Source: an uncultured Anaerolineae bacterium
GTDB lineage: Bacteria > Chloroflexota > Anaerolineae > J036 > Brachytrichaceae
Direction: 5' to 3'
NCBI GenBank assembly: GCA_964628875.1
Contig: CAZVQE010000002.1
Location: 1 to 27,245, forward strand
Length of the DNA stretch: 27,245 nt
Shown here: piece by piece, positions 1-7,180 of the stretch
Layout: each line of letters opens with the position of its first letter
How positions within the stretch are numbered: the stretch's first letter is position 1
The notes under the pieces: generated by a model
The model's input: the letters and a program-made list of their open reading frames with translations, nothing else
The model's database searches: none
What the model was told of the DNA's origin: nothing
Position numbers and translations under genes: made by a program

Positions 1-364
1 GTTCACGCAGATGCAGCGCCATTTGCCAGACGGTCGAGCCTGAGCCGAGATAGATTGCCTCGCCGTTTTGCACGAGGGTTGCCGCCGCCTGACCGATGCT
101 GGCTTTTTCGGTGGTTTGCTGAATCTGGCGTTGCAAGATCGGAGGCTCAGCGGCTATGGGTTGAATCGCAATCGCGCCACCATGCACGCGCTGAATTTTG
201 CCGCTCTCAGCCAAATACTCTAGGTCGCGGCGGATAGTCGGCGCGCTGACCGGAAATTGGCGCATCAAGTCATCAATTGTCACATGGCGTGATTGCGCAA
301 TATGAGCCAACACGCGTTCACGCCGTGCGCTATTTGAGCGGTCACTGTGAATGACTTCCTGCAT
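1..364 (-). CDS. DeoR/GlpR-family transcriptional regulator (3' end runs off the window; absent from the supplied ORF track)
   Basis: Manual translation from ATG at 364: MQEVIHSDRSNSARRERVLAHIAQSRHVTIDDLMRQFPVSAPTIRRDLEYLAESGKIQRVHGGA...EKASIGQAAATLVQNGEAIYLGSGST. This has the DeoR HTH (VSxxTIRRDL, RVHGGA) and the start of the sensor domain (EKxxI..AA, IxLxSGST). Confidence 0.92.
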   Translation of the reverse strand, partial: MQEVIHSDRSNSARRERVLAHIAQSRHVTIDDLMRQFPVSAPTIRRDLEYLAESGKIQRVHGGAIAIQPIAAEPPILQRQIQQTTEKASIGQAAATLVQNGEAIYLGSGSTVWQMALHLRE

Positions 365-382
365 TAGAGCTTGCTTAATTTG

Positions 383-410
383 ATTATATTCGACAGTGTG
401 TATTTGTCAA
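383..410 (-). promoter_or_regulatory. Consensus sigma70-type promoter of the DeoR gene
   Basis: Minus strand TTGACA (410-405), 16-nt spacer, TATAAT (388-383), 18 nt before the ATG at 364. Confidence 0.7.
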
Positions 411-430
411 TACGCTCAGTGCAATGATAT

Positions 431-476
431 TTTTGATCACAAACGATCAAAATAGTGTGCGTTGCGATCAAAATAG
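431..476. promoter_or_regulatory. Candidate operator array (GATCAAAA half-sites)
   Basis: Inverted repeat TTTTGATC-N6-GATCAAAA (431-452) plus exact direct repeat CGATCAAAATAG at 444-455 and 465-476 (21-bp period). Confidence 0.45.
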
Positions 477-486
477 CCTTTGGCTG

Positions 487-503
487 GCTGAGCTTGTCGA
501 AGC
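487..503. repeat. Half-copy of a GCTGAGCTTGTCGAAG-type extragenic repeat
   Basis: GCTGAGCTTGTCGAAGC just downstream of the rdgB stop resembles a widespread REP-like motif (recalled, not searched). CTGGCTGAGCTT at 484-495 recurs exactly at 13121-13132, also intergenic. Confidence 0.4.
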
Positions 504-523
504 GAACGGACTTATGCAAGGGT

Positions 524-1138
524 CTATTGCAAAAAATCAGCACACTTCTCAGCTGCGATGCCTCGATGACTCACGCGATGTTTTTCATTGGCAGATAGCT
601 CCGCCATGCAGCGGTTGCGTGCATCGGCGGCGACGATAAACACCGGATCAAATCCAAATCCGCCTGCGCCACGCTTCTCATGACTGATGGCACCCTCACA
701 GATGCCCTCAAACACATGCTCCTGACCCTCAGGTGTGATCAGCACAATCACCGCATAAAACCGCCCTGTGCGCTGCGCATCTGGCACGCCGCGCATTTCA
801 TTCAACAAAGCCGCGCACCCATCACCGTGTGGCGCTTGCTTGTGATAGCGCGCCGACAATACGCCGGGTCGCCCACCGAGCGCATCCACATCGAGACCGC
901 TATCGTCCGCCAGCACATACATGGCGTTTCGGTTTTTGCGAATGGCATCGTAGAAGGCGCGCGCTTTGATCTGCGAGTTACCGACGTAAGTGTGCGCGGT
1001 TTCATCTGGCTCGAGCTCGATTCCCATCTCACGCGGTGTGTGCAGCACAGCGTCTATGCCGTGCTGTACAAATATCTCTCGAAACTCTTGATGTTTGTGT
1101 GCGTTGTTTGAGGCGATCAAAATGTGTAATGTCTGCAT
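524..1138 (-). CDS. rdgB: RdgB/HAM1-family non-canonical purine NTP pyrophosphatase (dITP/XTP)
   Basis: Motifs ASNNAHK, LADDSGLxVDALGGxPGVxSARY, GFGFDPVF, SHRG; 204 aa. Confidence 0.95.
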   Translation of the reverse strand: MQTLHILIASNNAHKHQEFREIFVQHGIDAVLHTPREMGIELEPDETAHTYVGNSQIKARAFYDAIRKNRNAMYVLADDSGLDVDALGGRPGVLSARYHKQAPHGDGCAALLNEMRGVPDAQRTGRFYAVIVLITPEGQEHVFEGICEGAISHEKRGAGGFGFDPVFIVAADARNRCMAELSANEKHRVSHRGIAAEKCADFLQ

Positions 1139-1169
1139 GTCAAATCCATTGCGCGTATAGGCGCGAAGA

Positions 1170-1185
1170 TATTTTAGCTAAAATA
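1170..1185. promoter_or_regulatory. Palindromic divergent promoter/operator element
   Basis: Perfect 16-bp palindrome TATTTTAGCTAAAATA between divergent genes; it gives a TAAAAT -10-like box on each strand. Confidence 0.45.
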
Positions 1186-1192
1186 GCAGACT

Positions 1193-2446
1193 ATGTCCCA
1201 CCTTGATGTGCAAAAAGTTCGTGCGCAGTTTCCTGCGCTCTCGCGCCAAATGAATGGCAAACCCCTCGTGTTTTTTGATGCGCCAGCTGGCACCCAAGTG
1301 CCAAAGCAATGTATCAGCGGCGTGTCCAATTACTTCAAAAAGATGAACGCCAATACGCACGGCGCGTTTATCACTGCGATTGAGAGCGATAAGGTCATCG
1401 AGCAGTCTCATACATTTGCGGCGGACTTTTTGAATGCCAAGAGCGCGCAAGAGGTGTTTTTTGGCGCAAACATGACCACGCTGACTTTTGCGTTTAGCCG
1501 CTCTATCGGACAAACGCTCAAAGAGGGCGATGAAATTATTTTGAGCAGCCTCGATCACGACGCCAACTTTTCGCCGTGGCATCTGATGGCAAAAGAGCGC
1601 GGCGTCAAAGTCAATGTCGTAGATGTCAACCAAGCCGACTGCACCCTCAACCTCGATGACTTTGAGCGCTATCTCAATAGCAAAACAAAGCTGGTTGCAG
1701 TCGGTCTCGTCTCAAACGCGGTCGGCACGATCAACCCAGTCAAGCAGATCATTGGAATGGCGCACGCAGCGGGCGCGATGACCTTTATTGATGCGGTGGC
1801 GGGCGCGCCGCATGTGCCAATTGACGTGCAAGAGCTGGACACCGATTTTCTAGCATGTTCGCCGTATAAATTTTGGGCGCCGCATCTCGGCATCATCTAT
1901 GGCAAAAAACATCTGCTCGAAAAACTACCCGCTTACAAAGTGCGCCCATCAGACAATGCGCTGCCAAACAAATTTGAAACAGGCACAAAGCCACATGAGC
2001 TACTCGCAGGCTTTAATGGCACGATGAAGTATCTGGATTGGTTTGCCAAAAACTACGGCGTCGGACAATCGGAGCGCAAGCAACGCAGCCCGCGCGCTGA
2101 GCGATTTCACGCAGCCATGCGCGCCTCACAAGCCTATGAGGCTGAGCTGAGCGAGCGTATGATCGCCGGACTTAAATCCATCGCGGGCGTGCGCATCTAC
2201 GGCATCACTGACCCCGCGCGTATGAGCCAACGCGCGCCGACGTTTGCCATTCGCTACAAAGACGAGCACCCGCGTGCGACGGCTGAGCGGCTCGCGGCGC
2301 AGGGCATCTGTGTGTGGGACGGCAACTACTATGCGCTCAATCTGACTGAGCGACTCGGCGTCGAAGAGAGCGGTGGCATGGTGCGCATCGGTCTCTCGCA
2401 CTACAGCAGCGCCGAAGAAGTAGATCGCTTTTTGAACGCGCTTTAA
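1193..2446 (+). CDS. Cysteine desulfurase-like protein (class V PLP aminotransferase, VC1184/TIGR01976-like)
   Basis: FFDAPAGTQVP, LDHDANFSPW, IDAV..APH, PLP lysine in CSPYKF, GGMVRIGLSHY; 417 aa. Confidence 0.9.
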   Translation: MSHLDVQKVRAQFPALSRQMNGKPLVFFDAPAGTQVPKQCISGVSNYFKKMNANTHGAFITAIESDKVIEQSHTFAADFLNAKSAQEVFFGANMTTLTFAFSRSIGQTLKEGDEIILSSLDHDANFSPWHLMAKERGVKVNVVDVNQADCTLNLDDFERYLNSKTKLVAVGLVSNAVGTINPVKQIIGMAHAAGAMTFIDAVAGAPHVPIDVQELDTDFLACSPYKFWAPHLGIIYGKKHLLEKLPAYKVRPSDNALPNKFETGTKPHELLAGFNGTMKYLDWFAKNYGVGQSERKQRSPRAERFHAAMRASQAYEAELSERMIAGLKSIAGVRIYGITDPARMSQRAPTFAIRYKDEHPRATAERLAAQGICVWDGNYYALNLTERLGVEESGGMVRIGLSHYSSAEEVDRFLNAL

Positions 2447-2456
2447 GTGCAGGTTT

Positions 2457-2484
2457 GTAGGGGTTGCTCGCGAGCAACCCCTAC
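2457..2484. repeat. GTAG-type REP-like perfect palindrome
   Basis: GTAGGGGTTGCTCGCGAGCAACCCCTAC is its own reverse complement (28 bp); it lies 10 nt after the stop at 2446. Confidence 0.8.
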
Positions 2485-2553
2485 TACATTCGATGTGACC
2501 TATTCGATCCGTAGTGGATACTGAAAGTTAAAACTCGATCATCCTCCAACCCG

Positions 2554-5136
2554 TTGAGATTGACAGTAGGTAGCGCCCTCATCGCACTTGCCGTCATCGT
2601 TATCGGGGCAACATGGAAGCTCGCGCTGGGCGGACGCATTATCGCGCGTGGTGACCTGTTGCTCTATTTTTATCCGTTGCGCGATTTTGCGGCGCAAGCC
2701 ATCCGCGAATGGCGGATCCCGTTGTGGAATCCATACACGTTTATGGGCGCGCCATTTTTAGCCAACTCGCAAGTTGGCTTTTTTTATCCGCCAAATGTGC
2801 TCATGGCGTGGCTGCCGACCGAGCGCGCGGTCTCGCTCAGCATCACGTTGCATTTGCTGATTGCGGCGTTTGGCATGTTTGCGTTGGCGCAGCGGGGAAT
2901 GGGGCTTCGTGCGAGCGCGGCTTTTGTATCAGCGGTTGCGTTTGCGCTAGGCGGCTATCTCGGCGCGCAGATCGAGCATCTCAATCAACTACAGGTGCTG
3001 AGCTGGTTGCCACTGCAAGTGCTGATCGTGTTGCGCTTTGACACACTCAACATACGCAAACTCGCTGCATCTATCGCGGCGCTGGCTTTGCTCATTGCGC
3101 TGCAAGTGTTGGCGGGTCACACGCAATCGCTCTACATCTGCATGGTTACGCTCGGCATCGTTGTGATTACGCACAATGCACATCGAGCCGCGCCGCTGAC
3201 TTTCGCGCGCCGACAAATTCCCCTGATCTACGTCGCACTCGCTGGCGCGCTGGCGGCGCTGATATGCGCGGCTCAATTGCTGCCGACCTATGAGTTGAGC
3301 CAAGCCTCCGCGCGTGCAGGCGGCTTAGCATTTAACGAGGTCGGCTCTTTTTCGTGGCGACCGTGGGTAATCGGTCGTGCGCTGTTGCCGACGTATGGCG
3401 ATCCGTTGTTTGCGGAGTATGTCGCGTATCTCGGCGCGGGCGGCATGGCGTTGGCGCTGTTGGGGGCGATCAATGGCGTAGGGGCAGGTGGTCGGCGCGT
3501 GGCGCTTGTGCTTTGCGTGGCGGGTATTGTTTTGGCGCTGGGCGTCGTCACGCCACTCTTTAATGTGTTGTATCGCGTGTTGCCCGGCTTTAATTTGTTT
3601 CGGGCGCAGGCGCGTTGGTTGATCTTGTTTGCGCTCGGCACGAGCATGCTGATCGGTCTCGGCGCCCAGCATATTGCTGACGGGGTGAATCGCGCCGCAC
3701 GCAGGCGATGGCTCGTAGCTTGGCTGGTGACGTCACTTGTGATCGCAGTTGCTGTTTGGCTCGGCGCGCGATTCTCACCTGAGGCGGAGTACCGCGCGCT
3801 GCCTGAGTCGCGCGTGATGCTGGGCTGGCTCATTGCGTGGGGCGTGGCGACGCTGTGTATCGTTGCGCCGCGTGTGTCGCTGTTGTTGCCAATAGCATGC
3901 ATTGTGGAGCTACTTGTGGCGTCGCAGTTTCAGCCGTATGCGCGCGCGGCAGATGCACAAGCGCTAACAAGTTTGCGCCCAGCGACGGCGCACCTGCTGA
4001 ATGAAAATCTCAGCGAGGGTCGCGTGCTGTCGCTGTCGGCGTTGACCTTTGATCCGGGCGACCGCGCCGAGCAGAGTCTCATTTACACGACTACGCTCAG
4101 CGCTGACGAACTCTATGATCGCATCATCGCCTCAAAATACAAAGAGATTTTGTCGCCTAATCTGGCGCTGTATTACCGCCTGCCGAGTGTCGACGGCTAC
4201 GATGGCGGGCTGCTGCCGACACGCGCGTTTAATCAATTTGTCGCGCGCGCGACGACGCTCACCAATAGCGATAAACGAGTGGCGAGCGATGGACGTCTGC
4301 GCGAATTTTTGAGCGATATGCCGAGCGAGCAATTTTTGCGCGAGAGCGCCACGCGCTACATCATCGCCGATAAGACGCAAGACATCTTTGTCGAAGATGT
4401 CTACTACGACACGCTACTGCACGCGCGGGCGGGAGACAACATCGCGTTGCCGCTAACGCCATATCGCGCGACGGCGCTCGGTGTGTTGTTGCGTGCGCCG
4501 AGTGAGATCACGGCGACGGTGGCGTTTGAGGATGGCACGACGCAGACTTTTGTGCAGCAGGCGCGAGCGCACACCGCCGCAAATACAGGGCTGCAATACG
4601 GCTATGCGCGCCTTGAGTTTGATTCTCCAAAGCCAGCGACGCAACTGACGATCTCGGCGCGCGTCGATGTAATCGGACTAAGCAGCATTGACGCGCGTGA
4701 CCGCACGTTTGTGTCGCAGCCGGTATGGGGCGAGCATCGCTTCAAGATGGTGTATTCGGGCGACGTCAAGATCTATGAGAATCAAAATGTCACGTCGCGT
4801 GTGTCATGGCGTGATGCAACGTCACAGTCGGCGCGGATCACAGATGTGTCGCCTGAGCATGTGCGTGTACAACTCGATGCGCCGCTGAGCGCGGCTAATC
4901 AGATGATCTTGCGCGATGCGTGCTATGCGGGCTGGCAAGCAAGCATAGATGGACAGCCTGCGGCGGTCACCTGCAGTGATGGCATCTTTCGCGCGGTGGA
5001 TGTGCCTGCGGGCGCGCGTGTGATTGATTTTGAGTTTCGCTCGGCGTCATTTGAATGGGGCATCAGGCTGAGCGCGCTTGGCGTGTTGATTTGGCTTGCG
5101 CTGTTGATAGCGGCGCGCTTCATTCGCAAAAAATAA
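2554..5136 (+). CDS. YfhO-family polytopic membrane protein (predicted GT-C glycosyltransferase); TTG start uncertain
   Basis: N-terminal GDLLLYFYP and PLWNPYxFxGxPFLAN, many TM segments, C-terminal YAGWQASIDG...IFRAVDVPAG...FEF plus a terminal TM, typical of YfhO; 860 aa. Confidence 0.8.
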   Translation: MRLTVGSALIALAVIVIGATWKLALGGRIIARGDLLLYFYPLRDFAAQAIREWRIPLWNPYTFMGAPFLANSQVGFFYPPNVLMAWLPTERAVSLSITLHLLIAAFGMFALAQRGMGLRASAAFVSAVAFALGGYLGAQIEHLNQLQVLSWLPLQVLIVLRFDTLNIRKLAASIAALALLIALQVLAGHTQSLYICMVTLGIVVITHNAHRAAPLTFARRQIPLIYVALAGALAALICAAQLLPTYELSQASARAGGLAFNEVGSFSWRPWVIGRALLPTYGDPLFAEYVAYLGAGGMALALLGAINGVGAGGRRVALVLCVAGIVLALGVVTPLFNVLYRVLPGFNLFRAQARWLILFALGTSMLIGLGAQHIADGVNRAARRRWLVAWLVTSLVIAVAVWLGARFSPEAEYRALPESRVMLGWLIAWGVATLCIVAPRVSLLLPIACIVELLVASQFQPYARAADAQALTSLRPATAHLLNENLSEGRVLSLSALTFDPGDRAEQSLIYTTTLSADELYDRIIASKYKEILSPNLALYYRLPSVDGYDGGLLPTRAFNQFVARATTLTNSDKRVASDGRLREFLSDMPSEQFLRESATRYIIADKTQDIFVEDVYYDTLLHARAGDNIALPLTPYRATALGVLLRAPSEITATVAFEDGTTQTFVQQARAHTAANTGLQYGYARLEFDSPKPATQLTISARVDVIGLSSIDARDRTFVSQPVWGEHRFKMVYSGDVKIYENQNVTSRVSWRDATSQSARITDVSPEHVRVQLDAPLSAANQMILRDACYAGWQASIDGQPAAVTCSDGIFRAVDVPAGARVIDFEFRSASFEWGIRLSALGVLIWLALLIAARFIRKK

Positions 5137-5168
5137 AAAACCCCGTCGCTGAATCAGGACGGGGTTTT
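5137..5168. terminator. Bidirectional intrinsic terminator between convergent yfhO-like and oppC-like genes
   Basis: AAAACCCCGTC-gctgaatcag-GACGGGGTTTT: GC-rich stem with an A tract on one side and a T tract on the other. Confidence 0.85.
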
Positions 5169-5183
5169 GTGTTGCAGTTTTGA

Positions 5184-6107
5184 CTAGCGCTTGCTGCGTG
5201 GATCAAGCGCGTCGCGTAAGCCGTCACCGACGAAATTTACACACAAGACGGTGAGGAAGATCAAAAACGCGGGCGGCAAAATCACATGGTCGAGGATGCC
5301 GAGCCATGTGCTGTAGTCGGCGACGAGCTTGCCCCATGTCGGCGTATCTGACGGAAATCCGACGCCAAGAAATGACAACACTGACTCTGAGATGATGGCT
5401 TGCCCGACATTGAGCGTGGCGGCAACGACGATGGGTCCGATGGCGTTTGGCAATATGTGTGTAAACATGATTGGCAAGCGCCCTTGACCCAATGAGCGGG
5501 AGGCTTCGACAAATTCGCGTCCACGTAGCTCAAGGAATGAACTACGCACGAGACGCGCATTTGCCATCCAGTTGAGTCCGCCGATAACGGCGACGATCAT
5601 GATGAATGGACCTAAGAGCGTGCCAAAAGTCTTTGTGAGTGTTTCGCGGAAAAGAAATGAGATCAGCAAGGTGATTGGCACGGCGGGCAACGACAGAAAT
5701 AAATCGGTGATGCGCATCAGCACAAAATCCACTTTGCCGCCAAAGAAACCTGAAAATGCGCCGACGATGGTGCCAATGATCACAGCGGCTAGCATTGCGG
5801 CGATGCCGACGGCTATCGAGATGCGCCCGCCAAACAACACGCGCGCAAGCACATCGCGTCCGAGGTCGTCTGCGCCCAGCAGAGGCGAAAATGGTTTTTT
5901 GAATGCGAGGGCTGCATTTGGTTTGATCGGGTCAACGGTGTAAATAAACGGCCCTAGCATCGTAACAAGAAAGAGGATGCCAAATAACACCAAACCAAAT
6001 ATGGCAAGGCGGTTGCGTAAAAAACGCCGCCAAGCCAATTCTCCTAATGAACGGACTTTTTGCGGTTGCGCGATTGCCCTAGGAACTGCTGGAGCGAGTG
6101 TTGTCAT
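5184..6107 (-). CDS. Peptide/nickel ABC transporter permease, OppC/DppC type (start moved to ATG 6107)
   Basis: AWRRFLRNRLA, LLGADDLGRDVLARVLFGGRISI, EAA loop REFVEASRSLG..IMFTHILPN, NFVGDGLRDALDP. The ORF-track start at 6203 overlaps the upstream permease. Confidence 0.92.
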   Translation of the reverse strand: MTTLAPAVPRAIAQPQKVRSLGELAWRRFLRNRLAIFGLVLFGILFLVTMLGPFIYTVDPIKPNAALAFKKPFSPLLGADDLGRDVLARVLFGGRISIAVGIAAMLAAVIIGTIVGAFSGFFGGKVDFVLMRITDLFLSLPAVPITLLISFLFRETLTKTFGTLLGPFIMIVAVIGGLNWMANARLVRSSFLELRGREFVEASRSLGQGRLPIMFTHILPNAIGPIVVAATLNVGQAIISESVLSFLGVGFPSDTPTWGKLVADYSTWLGILDHVILPPAFLIFLTVLCVNFVGDGLRDALDPRSKR

Positions 6108-6124
6108 TATTATTAGGATTCCAA

Positions 6125-7084
6125 TTATGATAGCTTGATACGTGGGTCCAAGATGCCATAAAGCAGATCGGCGATGAGACCACAAACGACGATCAGCACA
6201 CAAAACATGAAGACGATACCCATGATGACGGGGGTGTCGCTGATTTGAATGGATTTGATGAGCAGGTCACCGATGCCATTGACGCGAAATATTTGCTCGG
6301 TGATGATTGCGCCAGCGAAGACGCCCGGTAATTGGAGCGCGATCAGCGTCACGACGGGAATCAAACTGTTGCGGAATGCGTGGCGCACGACAACAGCCCA
6401 TTCCAATAAACCTTTGGCGCGAGCCGTGCGCACATAGTCGGAAGGTAAGCTATCAAGCATCGAAGAGCGCATAAATCGAGTGAGCGCTCCTGCCTGAAAG
6501 AAGGCTAATACTGCGACAGGCATGATGCTTTGCTTAATAAGCTTCCAAAGTGAGGCGGGGTCAGTGGCTTTGAGCGTGGTGTCATAAATCATCGGCAGCC
6601 AACCGAGATATACGCTAAATACCAAGATCAGAAGAGTGCCAGTCACAAAGGTTGGCATCGAGATGCCTGCCATTGATAGCACTTGCACGATATAGCTAAA
6701 TGCGCTGCGCGGACGATAAGCCGTGTATACGCCGACGGGAATGGCGATGAGTAACGCAACTAGATAAGCTGTGCCGACGACGCCGAGCGTCTGTGGCAAG
6801 CGTTGCATGATGAGTCCTAGCACGCCGGTGCGCGCTGAGAATGAAAAGCCCCAATCACCGCGAAATATGCCGGACAGCCATAACACATAGCGGATGTACC
6901 AAGGCTGGTCAAGTCCCAATGACCGTTTAATATTTTCGCGCACTTCGAGAGGCACTTCAGGGTTTGCGGCAAACTGAGAAAGCGGATCGCCGGGCGCCAA
7001 CGCCAAAATACCGTAGATTACAAAACTCATCGCGATGAGCGTCGGAATCGAAACCAAAATACGGCTTATAAAGTAAGTGCTCAT
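6125..7084 (-). CDS. Peptide/nickel ABC transporter permease, OppB/DppB type
   Basis: LAPGDP, GLDQPW..RY..W, GDWGFS, EAA loop DYVRTARAKGL..HAFRNSL, DLLYGILDPRI. Confidence 0.93.
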   Translation of the reverse strand: MSTYFISRILVSIPTLIAMSFVIYGILALAPGDPLSQFAANPEVPLEVRENIKRSLGLDQPWYIRYVLWLSGIFRGDWGFSFSARTGVLGLIMQRLPQTLGVVGTAYLVALLIAIPVGVYTAYRPRSAFSYIVQVLSMAGISMPTFVTGTLLILVFSVYLGWLPMIYDTTLKATDPASLWKLIKQSIMPVAVLAFFQAGALTRFMRSSMLDSLPSDYVRTARAKGLLEWAVVVRHAFRNSLIPVVTLIALQLPGVFAGAIITEQIFRVNGIGDLLIKSIQISDTPVIMGIVFMFCVLIVVCGLIADLLYGILDPRIKLS

Positions 7085-7105
7085 TTTTTGTCGAGGTTAG
7101 ATTTG

Positions 7106-7150
7106 TGCAACGAGTGCAATACACATCTACTGCGCATTGCACTCGTCGCA
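7106..7150. other. Intercistronic stem-loop between SBP and permease genes
   Basis: ACGAGTGCAAT (7110-7120) pairs with ATTGCACTCGT (7136-7146). No U tract follows on the coding (minus) strand. Confidence 0.6.
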
Positions 7151-7180
7151 AACTGAATCGTTACTTGCGATTGCGGTGGA

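Noticed and set aside
55-639. ORF-track calls 55..237(+) and 424..639(+)
   Set aside because: The first is antisense to the DeoR gene; the second spans regulatory DNA and the rdgB 3' end. Neither has recognisable motifs.
2709-5129. Many 60-204 aa ORFs overlapping the YfhO-like gene (e.g. 3288..3902 minus)
   Set aside because: Shadow frames of GC-rich coding DNA; Arg/Ala/Ser-rich, with no domains or start signals.
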